A DNA stretch of 25,479 nt from a virus (IMGVR_UViG_3300037847_002914:1-25479), one strand, 5' to 3'. Positions 18,544 to 24,917 are shown, numbered from the stretch's first letter. Notes: generated by a model from the letters alone, not told the origin. Program-made: numbers and translations.

Positions 18544-19301
18544 ACCTTAAGTCCTAACTCGACTTCGATTGCATCCAAGTCCTGATTCCAATCAATATAG
18601 TTTGGATTAGACTTATTGAAGTGCAAATCTGCCAACCAGTTACGGGTGTCAAAGACTTCCTGCCAGTTCTCGATGTTAGCCTTGAACTTAGGGATAGCAT
18701 CCAGAGTCTTGACTTTGATGAAAGTCATACCAAAACTGGGCTTGAAGTGATTGAGAACGATATTTTCATCCTCATAGATGTCCATCTCACGGACACTCTT
18801 AGGAAGTCCAAAGAAGTCTGTGATAGCAACGTCAACACGCTCGTGCTGAACACCACCAATCACGTCGCCACCTTGTTCCCAATGAGAATCGTGGAAGATG
18901 AAGAATCCGCCTTCCTTAAGATGATCTGCCCAGTAGTAAAGTTCTGCAAGAACTTGTTCGCGGGTGTGAATTGTATCGACAAAAATAATATCAAAGGGAT
19001 CTTCATCCCAGTTTTTACCAAGAGTCACACTATCTGCCTGATAGCACATGTAATCTGGGTTGACGAACCGTGCTCCTTCGCGTTGGAACCCGTCGAACAT
19101 CAAGTCGCAACCATGCACCTTATTGCCCCTGTCTGCCGCCTCTACGGACATCACAGCAGACGATGCACCAAGACGAACACCTAAGTCGATGAAACGTGCA
19201 TTCTTAAATCCACGAACAACATCCAATAATTTCCATGCATTCTCCCCCAAGTCACAATGGGGTTGAGCAATAAAATTACGAAGAGGTGTCAAATTAGTCA
19301 T
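18540..19301 (-). CDS. Class I SAM-dependent methyltransferase (Methyltransf_24-like)
   Basis: IDLGVRLGAS, DIIFVDTIHT, LKEGGFFIFHDS. Confidence 0.85.
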   Translation of the reverse strand: MTNLTPLRNFIAQPHCDLGENAWKLLDVVRGFKNARFIDLGVRLGASSAVMSVEAADRGNKVHGCDLMFDGFQREGARFVNPDYMCYQADSVTLGKNWDEDPFDIIFVDTIHTREQVLAELYYWADHLKEGGFFIFHDSHWEQGGDVIGGVQHERVDVAITDFFGLPKSVREMDIYEDENIVLNHFKPSFGMTFIKVKTLDAIPKFKANIENWQEVFDTRNWLADLHFNKSNPNYIDWNQDLDAIEVELGLKV

Positions 19302-20154
19302 TGTAGCCGTACTCCTTTTTCATTTCGTTGAACACTTTTCTGATACCTACGTCAATAGTAGTTTTGGGAACCCACCAATCAAGTATATATGCGCTTGGAG
19401 AATTCCTCTTATCCAGTTGAACGCTATCTTTAGCAAGTCCAGACTCGATTTTTACGTCAAACTTATCAATCAATCCGAAACAACCCTGAATGATATTTGC
19501 AATCTCTCTAATGGTAGTAGAACGGAATGATGTAATATGTAGCTCATCTTCAGGTTTGAAGTCTGTGTAATTTTCCATCACTGTCTCTAGTGCCTCACAG
19601 CAGTCCTCAGCGTAGAGGAACTGACGCTCTTCGGTGCCATCAGTCAACATCTCAAATTGCCCTTCTTCAAACCCTTTGCGGATGAAGTCAGTGATGACAT
19701 GTGCTTTATCCATGTCTTTCTCGATGCCATAGACATTCCAGAACTTCACAGTCAATCCTTTCAGTGATGTAGTGTAAAGTTCACCCACACGCTTCAACAC
19801 ACCATAAGGAGAGTAACTCATGTTACTCATCTGAGATGATGCAAAGACAAAACGTTTCTTATACTTACCAAGCAAGTCAAATACGTTTGCCATCATGCGA
19901 GTGTTGTTATTAACAAAGTCAAACGTATGCTGATACTTCTTCAGGTAGCGCGAACCACCTACATCAAAGGCAAGAACAAACACAAAGTCTGCATTTTTAA
20001 TTGCACGTTCGAGATTGTGGTTAGGAATCTGTGTCAAGTCCTCACCATGATGTCGGGCGACATCGAATGGCGTGACTTCATGTCCTTTGGATTCAAGGTA
20101 CTCGAATAGGTAAGCACCAATCTGTCCACTAGAACCTAATACGGTTACTTTCAT
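19294..20154 (-). CDS. NAD-dependent nucleotide-sugar epimerase/dehydratase/reductase (SDR)
   Basis: GSSGQIG, LAFDVGG, FASS, YGVLK (YxxxK), FWNVYG, DGTEERQFLY. Confidence 0.88.
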   Translation of the reverse strand: MKVTVLGSSGQIGAYLFEYLESKGHEVTPFDVARHHGEDLTQIPNHNLERAIKNADFVFVLAFDVGGSRYLKKYQHTFDFVNNNTRMMANVFDLLGKYKKRFVFASSQMSNMSYSPYGVLKRVGELYTTSLKGLTVKFWNVYGIEKDMDKAHVITDFIRKGFEEGQFEMLTDGTEERQFLYAEDCCEALETVMENYTDFKPEDELHITSFRSTTIREIANIIQGCFGLIDKFDVKIESGLAKDSVQLDKRNSPSAYILDWWVPKTTIDVGIRKVFNEMKKEYGYND

Positions 20155-21200
20155 TTGTTATTAATTTGCTCCTGAATCCAATTATACGTCTTTGTGATTC
20201 CTTCTTCAAGTGTTTGTGAGTAATCCCAACCAAGTTCTTTACGAATCAAGTCATTATTAGAATTACGTCCACGAACACCAAGAGGTGCATCAAGTTTATG
20301 AATTTTTTGAACGTCCTTACCAGCAACCTTGGCAGCAGTATCAACCAATTGATTGATAGTTACCATCTCTTCGGAACCAATGTTTACTGGACCGATGAAC
20401 TCACCGTCCATCAGTCTTCTAGTTGCTTCAATGCATTCGTCAACGAACAGGAAGGAACGAGTCTGTAAGCCATCTCCCCACACCTCGATTGCTCCACCCT
20501 GCTCCGGGAGGTAAGCGACTTTACGGCAGATTGCAGCTGGTGCCTTCTCTCTTCCACCGTCCCAGGTTCCTTCTGGTCCGAAGATATTGTGGTAGCGAGC
20601 AATCCTAACAGGAATGCCGTGATTCCGATTATAAGCGAGATACAACCGCTCACTGAAGAGTTTTTCCCAACCGTATTCGGAGTCGGGGTTTGCTGGGTAT
20701 GCTGATTCTTCACGGCAATCGGGGTTGTCAGGATCTAGTTGATTGTGTTCTGGATACATGCAGGCAGAACCAGAATAGAAAATCTTTGTTTTGTTTTCTC
20801 CTGTCCTCTCATTCAACTTACGCTGTTCCTCAAGAACATTCAGGTTGACAGTGACAGAGTTGTGCATGATGTCAGCATCATTCTCACCAGTGAAAACAAA
20901 ACCAGCACCACCCATATCAGCAGCAAACTGATAGATTTCATCAAACGGTTGCTCAAACTTGTCTGCGATATCTTTGTAGAAGTTACCAAGGTATCCAGTG
21001 AAACGGAGAACACGACGGACGATACCTGTATCACGCAAGTCTGCCTGCACAAATTCATGTGCAAGTGTAGAAGAGAATTCGGGATACTTAAGATCGACAC
21101 CTCGTACCCAATATCCTTCTTCACGAAGTCTTTTTACCATATGACTTCCGATAAATCCACCAGCACCTAGGACAAGTGCCGTCTTCTTGTATTCGGACAT
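20151..21200 (-). CDS. GDP-mannose 3,5-epimerase-like SDR
   Basis: GAGGFIG, AADMGGAGF, SACMYP, YGWEK and RYHNIFGPEGTWDGGREKAPAAICRK closely follow the plant GME motifs, including the catalytic Cys and Lys. Confidence 0.85.
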   Translation of the reverse strand: MSEYKKTALVLGAGGFIGSHMVKRLREEGYWVRGVDLKYPEFSSTLAHEFVQADLRDTGIVRRVLRFTGYLGNFYKDIADKFEQPFDEIYQFAADMGGAGFVFTGENDADIMHNSVTVNLNVLEEQRKLNERTGENKTKIFYSGSACMYPEHNQLDPDNPDCREESAYPANPDSEYGWEKLFSERLYLAYNRNHGIPVRIARYHNIFGPEGTWDGGREKAPAAICRKVAYLPEQGGAIEVWGDGLQTRSFLFVDECIEATRRLMDGEFIGPVNIGSEEMVTINQLVDTAAKVAGKDVQKIHKLDAPLGVRGRNSNNDLIRKELGWDYSQTLEEGITKTYNWIQEQINNK

Positions 21201-21225
21201 TTTCTAAAAAATTTTCTTCTTATAT

Positions 21226-21254
21226 ATGATACTAAAAAAGGAGGTTGTTGTCAA
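21226..21254 (-). promoter_or_regulatory. Sigma70-type promoter for the glycan operon
   Basis: Minus strand TTGACA-17 nt-TATCAT, about 25 nt upstream of ATG 21200. Confidence 0.72.
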
Positions 21255-21260
21255 CCTCCT
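21234..21260 (-). terminator. Rho-independent terminator
   Basis: AGGAGGTTG-ACAA-CAACCTCCT (9-bp stem) followed by TTTTT. Confidence 0.8.
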
Positions 21261-21291
21261 GACGGTAAACCGCCATTAATATTAGGGATTT

Positions 21292-21386
21292 GCAGGCTCG
21301 CCACTTGCTCTTTAACCTGAAGCAAGAAACAGGGCGGGAGTGTTACCTCCATCCGCACCACTTGCTCTTAGGTAAAGCAAGAAACC
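21292..21386 (-). ncRNA. Probable wcaG RNA motif (cyanophage structured RNA)
   Basis: Two repeats GTTTCTTGCTT...AAGAGCAAG-TGG(T/C)G, each a hairpin followed by UGGYG, flank a GCGGATGGAG..CTCCCGC stem. It lies upstream of a WcaG-family epimerase. The match to the wcaG motif is from memory, not a search. Confidence 0.7.
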
Positions 21387-21634
21387 TACCAGAAGTTTAG
21401 AGGACACTTCTCAGTTGATAATCTACTCTTGAAAGTCATTAGACATCCACATTGTGTACATCTATTGCCACCCTGTACATCAAAGTACTTGCAGGTAGAG
21501 CAGATTTGTAACCTCGCTTGTCTTATTTCCTCAGGAACTCTCACGGTGCCACCTCGTGAAAATTCTTTGAGGAGATTGAAAGCAGACTTAGTTAGGTTAC
21601 TTAATTGTTTGGTTGTAGAAGGATAGTCCTTCAA
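21386..21634 (-). CDS. Cys-rich small protein (DUF6171-like, putative metal binding)
   Basis: RLQICSTC...RCTQCGC...KCPLNFW. Confidence 0.72.
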   Translation of the reverse strand: MKDYPSTTKQLSNLTKSAFNLLKEFSRGGTVRVPEEIRQARLQICSTCKYFDVQGGNRCTQCGCLMTFKSRLSTEKCPLNFW

Positions 21635-21843
21635 AGATTCTTTGCTGCACCAGGAGATGCTACCTTCAGAGCAGCGACGACTTCCTCCAGTCTTGCCTCT
21701 AGAGCAGAAATATCAGCGTTGCCACCACCACAGGGAGTGTGTGCCTTTGCTTCTAGTGCTTGAAGTCTTGCTTCAACTTCTACATCATACTTTGACATAG
21801 ATGCACCACTTGCAGACTTTGCTGCCGTACCCTTGTTTGCCAT
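21631..21843 (-). CDS. Hypothetical Ala-rich coiled-coil protein
   Basis: 70-aa ORF with repeated EARL segments and CTAAATA upstream. Confidence 0.78.
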   Translation of the reverse strand: MANKGTAAKSASGASMSKYDVEVEARLQALEAKAHTPCGGGNADISALEARLEEVVAALKVASPGAAKNL

Positions 21844-21867
21844 GATTACTAATGAATTCTACAAAGA

Positions 21868-21874
21868 TATTTAG
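21868..21874 (-). promoter_or_regulatory. Putative T4-like late promoter (CTAAATA)
   Basis: Intergenic CTAAATA about 25 nt upstream of ATG 21843. Confidence 0.55.
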
Positions 21875-21880
21875 TTTTAA

Positions 21881-21973
21881 GAGGGTCTAATGACTCCACC
21901 AGTACTGTTATAGTCCATCCGTGACTTAGGGGGTTATCCCGACCAGGGCGTGTTTAAAGTCATCCCGAGACTA
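21881..21973 (-). ncRNA. Candidate structured RNA / tandem hairpin element
   Basis: Relatively GC-rich intergenic tract with two units of AGTC-N7-GACT...CTGGT spaced 44-46 nt apart. Confidence 0.5.
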
Positions 21974-22580
21974 TGTTCAGAACTTGAGTTTCCTGATTTG
22001 ATATTACTCCTGCCAGAAAATAATTAAATGCAATGGCACATCTAATATCTCCAGAGTTGTTACAAGAGACAGAATGATTTAGGTGACTCGGAAACACCAG
22101 GATATCATTTGTCTTTACAGAGATGCTCCAACTTTCAGAGTTGTAAATGTTCTTCTCTTCCAAATCTGGACTGATAATGGAATGAGTGGGTTGTGTTGAG
22201 AAGATAATCTCACCCGCATTTTCTTCTGACTTCACATAAAAAATTCCACTGAAGATAGAATTTCTATGAATGTGAGGAGCGGTGACTGAACCAGGTTTGC
22301 CAATCACCATCCAAGAACATGTGCGTTGAAGTTTAGTTTGTTTAGAGATTTTTAGTATGTCATATGCATATGTTCCCACATGCTCGTCAACAATATCAGA
22401 AATCTCCTTGAACCTATCTTCGTCTAGTATGTTTTGGTTTCTACTGTTGTAAGTATTGTACTGATTCTGATTCTCAAAAAAATCTTTCTCCTCTACTACA
22501 ATGTCACTAATGCGGTTAACCACAGAAGCATGGTACAAAGGAGTAGAGAAGAGAGGATAGATTTGAAACTCATGTGGCAT
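21960..22580 (-). CDS. 2OG-Fe(II) oxygenase superfamily protein (TIGR02466-like)
   Basis: LFSTP, SW, PHIHRNSIFSGIFYV, LVFPSHLNHSV, RCAIAFN. Start taken as ATG 22580 (MPHEF). Confidence 0.87.
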   Translation of the reverse strand: MPHEFQIYPLFSTPLYHASVVNRISDIVVEEKDFFENQNQYNTYNSRNQNILDEDRFKEISDIVDEHVGTYAYDILKISKQTKLQRTCSWMVIGKPGSVTAPHIHRNSIFSGIFYVKSEENAGEIIFSTQPTHSIISPDLEEKNIYNSESWSISVKTNDILVFPSHLNHSVSCNNSGDIRCAIAFNYFLAGVISNQETQVLNIVSG

Positions 22581-22806
22581 GAACAGTATCTTTGATATAA
22601 CACGGAACACCTTCAGGATCTAACCATTTGGTGTACTCGAAATCATCAATCGCAGTCAGTAGTTGCATTTGATTGTCCAAGAGATACATGTCTTTGTATC
22701 TTTTGGTGTACTCATGTGCTTTCTGAATACGATAGTCAGGGCACCCATTTTCTAAAGTGCCACACTCAACATAACGATAAGGAAATCGCTCTAGGAGAAT
22801 TTTCAT
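22570..22806 (-). CDS. Hypothetical protein
   Basis: 78-aa ORF with ATGA overlap upstream and a short overlap downstream. Confidence 0.8.
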   Translation of the reverse strand: MKILLERFPYRYVECGTLENGCPDYRIQKAHEYTKRYKDMYLLDNQMQLLTAIDDFEYTKWLDPEGVPCYIKDTVHAT

Positions 22807-23015
22807 GCCTCGACAGTTTCAAGATCGGTAATCAACTCATCGATTAGAATTTCGTAATCGTCAAGAGGATCGCCAGAGAATACTACACCATTGTTTTCGT
22901 AGAACTTACGAACCTTTTTGTAAAGTTTCGGATTCTTTACATCAAGATAGAAATCACGGGATGCTGCACCCTTAAGGGTGGACATGTCCTTCTTGAATTT
23001 TGCTGCGAGAGTCAT
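22803..23015 (-). CDS. Hypothetical protein
   Basis: 70-aa ORF directly downstream of a consensus sigma70 promoter. Confidence 0.82.
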   Translation of the reverse strand: MTLAAKFKKDMSTLKGAASRDFYLDVKNPKLYKKVRKFYENNGVVFSGDPLDDYEILIDELITDLETVEA

Positions 23016-23037
23016 TGCTTTGAATGTTGACTTTTAT

Positions 23038-23066
23038 ATTATAGAGGAGGATGGATGCTATGTCAA
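23038..23066 (-). promoter_or_regulatory. Consensus sigma70 (early) promoter
   Basis: Minus strand TTGACA-TAGCATCCATCCTCCTC(17 nt)-TATAAT. Confidence 0.85.
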
Positions 23067-23233
23067 GAACCTTCTTCGTGCTCAGTGTAAAGTCTGAGCA
23101 TTTCATCATCCGCTGGCACCATCACTGCTCTCTCTCCACTCTCATTCTCGACACCAATTGTTTCCCCATTCTCCACTCTGTCCATGAGAGTTTCCCAGTT
23201 TTCTTGCCAGTATTCCACAGAATAAAAATGCAT
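23063..23233 (-). CDS. Small acidic protein resembling the Phd/YefM antitoxin fold (56 aa)
   Basis: MHFYSVEYWQENWETLMDRVENGETIGVENESGERAVMVP resembles the Phd pattern (L.dRV..GE.I.I...G...AV.vP). Start moved to 23233 because the track ORF overlaps the tRNA. Confidence 0.62.
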   Translation of the reverse strand: MHFYSVEYWQENWETLMDRVENGETIGVENESGERAVMVPADDEMLRLYTEHEEGS

Positions 23234-23252
23234 CTTGCAATATGTATAACAG

Positions 23253-23326
23253 TCGGGGTGACAGGATTTGAACCTGCGGCGTCTCGCTCCCAAAGCGAGT
23301 GCTCTACCAAACTGAGCTACACCCCG
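23253..23326 (-). tRNA. tRNA-Pro (anticodon UGG), CCA not encoded
   Basis: CGGGGTG acceptor stem pairs with CACCCCG; D-arm GCTCAGTTTGGTAGAGC; anticodon arm CTCGC-TTTGGGA-GCGAG; T-arm GCAGG-TTCAAAT-CCTGT. Confidence 0.97.
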
Positions 23327-23509
23327 TCAAACTCTGCCTACCAAAGATAGTACCCCGTGCGAATAAAAAGCAAGGAGGATACCACCAAGGATGGCACTTA
23401 TAACTGTAGCAGTTTTATTGTGTTTGTCAATTGCTTTGTCAATCATTTCTTGACACTGCTTCTCTGTGATGTAGTGCTCAGGTTTGATTTCATCCATCCG
23501 ATGACTCAT
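23327..23509 (-). CDS. Small hypothetical protein with C-terminal TM segment
   Basis: 60-aa ORF; IDKAIDKHN precedes a hydrophobic segment; the stop abuts the tRNA. Confidence 0.75.
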   Translation of the reverse strand: MSHRMDEIKPEHYITEKQCQEMIDKAIDKHNKTATVISAILGGILLAFYSHGVLSLVGRV

Positions 23510-23738
23510 GATTGTCCCATAATTTATTCAAAAATTCTAACCGATGTTCCCAGGTATCGCCAGAAGTAGAGCCTTTGCAGGGATTAATGCAAGTTTCATC
23601 TCCATGGTTGTTGCATACTAAACCCGCTAAATCATGAGGATCTCCTAACTTTCCAGTGCCAGTCCAGTAATGCTGTCCTCCTATCCAGGTAGCACCACAC
23701 TTGGTGCAGATTTTTGTTTCCAATGACGTGCTAGTCAT
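23490..23738 (-). CDS. Cys-rich hypothetical protein
   Basis: CTKCGATW...HYW...DLAGLVCN...CINPC; Shine-Dalgarno-like AGGAG upstream. Confidence 0.78.
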   Translation of the reverse strand: MTSTSLETKICTKCGATWIGGQHYWTGTGKLGDPHDLAGLVCNNHGDETCINPCKGSTSGDTWEHRLEFLNKLWDNHESSDG

Positions 23739-23808
23739 CTTCGATTAATCTCCTGATAAATTGTCTAGTTTTTGTATATAGGTGTTACAAAAACTCTTAA
23801 AGATTGTT

Positions 23809-24057
23809 TTATCTTTCTTCAAACACAATTCTACGGACTTTTCTCTGACGACGACTCTCTTGATATACTAATTCATCATTAGAGAAATGACTGGTATTCT
23901 TTTTATTAGTGTTACTAGTTACCATGATAACCTTACCCAAGTCAACAGCAGTTACTTTGTCTCCAATTACTCCCATCTTGTTGGGACAACCACAAAATTG
24001 AATCTTACTGTTGCCTGTTAGTTCTTTTTTACATTCTTTGCATCTGACGGTAATCAT
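23809..24057 (-). CDS. Hypothetical zinc-ribbon-like protein
   Basis: CKEC...CGCPN. Start taken as ATG 24057 because the longer track ORF starts inside a terminator. Confidence 0.75.
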   Translation of the reverse strand: MITVRCKECKKELTGNSKIQFCGCPNKMGVIGDKVTAVDLGKVIMVTSNTNKKNTSHFSNDELVYQESRRQRKVRRIVFEER

Positions 24058-24077
24058 GGTAATCACTAATTCGACAT

Positions 24078-24102
24078 AAAAAAGGAGACTCAAAGTCCCC
24101 TT
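24078..24102 (-). terminator. Rho-independent terminator
   Basis: AAGGGGACT-TTG-AGTCTCCTT followed by TTTT, downstream of the hli/petF block. Confidence 0.72.
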
Positions 24103-24109
24103 CCTGTAC

Positions 24110-24116
24110 TATTTAG
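24110..24116 (-). promoter_or_regulatory. CTAAATA late-promoter-like motif
   Basis: Intergenic, but sits immediately upstream of a terminator, so function is doubtful. Confidence 0.35.
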
Positions 24117-24119
24117 TTG

Positions 24120-24260
24120 TTAAGATGGGGATGGTGCATAAATGGGTTGCATTAACCCACTATCAGGACCGTTGTCATCATCATCTACGTCCTCAGTCAA
24201 TAGGGCAGCAAAGATAAACCCTCCTATGAGTGACGCTGAAATGAGTAACACGTCGTTCAC
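24120..24260 (-). CDS. Small single-TM protein with acidic DDDD tail (46 aa), not in the ORF track
   Basis: GTG start overlaps the hli stop (GTGA). MNDVLLISASLIGGFIFAALLTEDVDDDDNGPDSGLMQPIYAPSPS*. Confidence 0.7.
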   Translation of the reverse strand: MNDVLLISASLIGGFIFAALLTEDVDDDDNGPDSGLMQPIYAPSPS

Positions 24261-24364
24261 CACACACCAGGGATAATCTGCCCAGTCGCCAAGTAAGAAC
24301 CTACTGCTGCAATGAAACCAACCATTGCTGCACGTCCATTCAGTTTTTCTGCTTTTTCATTCAT
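24257..24364 (-). CDS. hli: High-light inducible protein (35 aa), not in the ORF track
   Basis: MNEKAEKLNGRAAMVGFIAAVGSYLATGQIIPGVW*, with the AExxNGRxAMxG chlorophyll-binding motif and a TGQIIPG tail. Confidence 0.95.
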   Translation of the reverse strand: MNEKAEKLNGRAAMVGFIAAVGSYLATGQIIPGVW

Positions 24365-24512
24365 TTTTCTTTTCCTCTAATGTTTTGTTTGTGATTATAA
24401 TTTTCTCTCCATCATGAGAGAATTGAAGTTCGTCGTCGGGATGCCACAGAAGTTCTTCGTACATGTCATCCAGTTTCTGTATATCTTGCCAGAGAGCGTC
24501 GGGATTAGGCAT
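24357..24512 (-). CDS. Small hypothetical protein (51 aa), not in the ORF track
   Basis: MPNPDALWQDIQKLDDMYEELLWHPDDELQFSHDGEKIIITNKTLEEKKNE*. Fills the gap between petF and hli. Confidence 0.75.
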   Translation of the reverse strand: MPNPDALWQDIQKLDDMYEELLWHPDDELQFSHDGEKIIITNKTLEEKKNE

Positions 24513-24538
24513 CGTATTCAAAGTGTTTCATTATCTAG

Positions 24539-24829
24539 TCAATACAACTCTTCTTCTTTTTCAGTTTCAGCGATTACATCACTTGTAGGATACGATACAC
24601 AGAGAAGTGCAAATCCTGCTTCAATCTGATCGTCGTCAAGAAAAGACTGATCGGATTGATCGACTGTTCCACTCACAATCTTTCCTGCACATGAGGAGCA
24701 AGCACCTGCTCGGCAGGAGTAAGGGAGATCGATACCACTTTCCTCTGCTGCGTCAAGGATGTACTGATCCGATTCAACAGCAATGGTTTCTTCTCCAGTA
24801 GGAGTGCGAAGAGTTACATTAAATGCCAT
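24539..24829 (-). CDS. petF: Plant-type [2Fe-2S] ferredoxin
   Basis: [27 protein letters not shown]...[12 protein letters not shown]...LLCV. Confidence 0.98.
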   Translation of the reverse strand: MAFNVTLRTPTGEETIAVESDQYILDAAEESGIDLPYSCRAGACSSCAGKIVSGTVDQSDQSFLDDDQIEAGFALLCVSYPTSDVIAETEKEEELY

Positions 24830-24915
24830 TAGTAAGTTTCTGATAATTGTTCTACTGAGTACGCCAATAAGACAAAGAAGGCGATACTAGTGATTGTAAA
24901 CAATGTTGAAGTCAA
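24829..24915 (-). CDS. Micro-protein, single TM (28 aa), not in the ORF track
   Basis: TTG start after [34 protein letters not shown]; the stop overlaps the petF ATG (TAATG). Confidence 0.62.
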   Translation of the reverse strand: MTSTLFTITSIAFFVLLAYSVEQLSETY

Positions 24916-24917
24916 TG

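Noticed and set aside
3997-21200. Bacterial chromosomal LPS/O-antigen locus or genomic island
   Set aside because: The flanks have phage-style organisation: dense small ORFs, isolated petE/PTOX/petF/hli genes and T4-like late motifs. There are no transport or housekeeping genes and no integrase.
21301-21385. Direct repeats CCACTTGCTCTT...AAGCAAGAAAC as a mini-CRISPR array or integron attC sites
   Set aside because: There are only two imperfect copies with variable interiors, the sequence between them is itself a stem, and no cas or integrase gene is in the window. A structured RNA explains them better.
21912-21972. GGA-loop hairpins as CsrA/RsmA sponge sites
   Set aside because: There are only two sites, and CsrA is not a recognised regulator in marine picocyanobacteria. 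Kept only as an unassigned structured element.
4565-22580. Glycan operon plus 2OG oxygenase as a DNA hypermodification system
   Set aside because: No nucleotide hydroxymethylase, kinase or T4-type DNA glucosyltransferase is recognisable, and the GT families present are surface-glycan types. Not formally excluded.
23122-23310. Track ORF 23122..23310 and the 5' extension of ORF 23063..23293
   Set aside because: Both overlap the tRNA-Pro gene, and the extensions are translations of tRNA sequence.
23774-23788. NtcA binding site here and at 25358..25369
   Set aside because: The spacings are GTA-N9-TAC and GTA-N6-TAC, not the required N8.
1307-24801. All plus-strand ORFs in the track (e.g. 16802..17422, 18621..19184, 7745..8236) and nested alternate-frame minus-strand ORFs
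   Set aside because: They lie antisense to or inside well-supported genes, show no recognisable motifs and are best explained as shadow ORFs.
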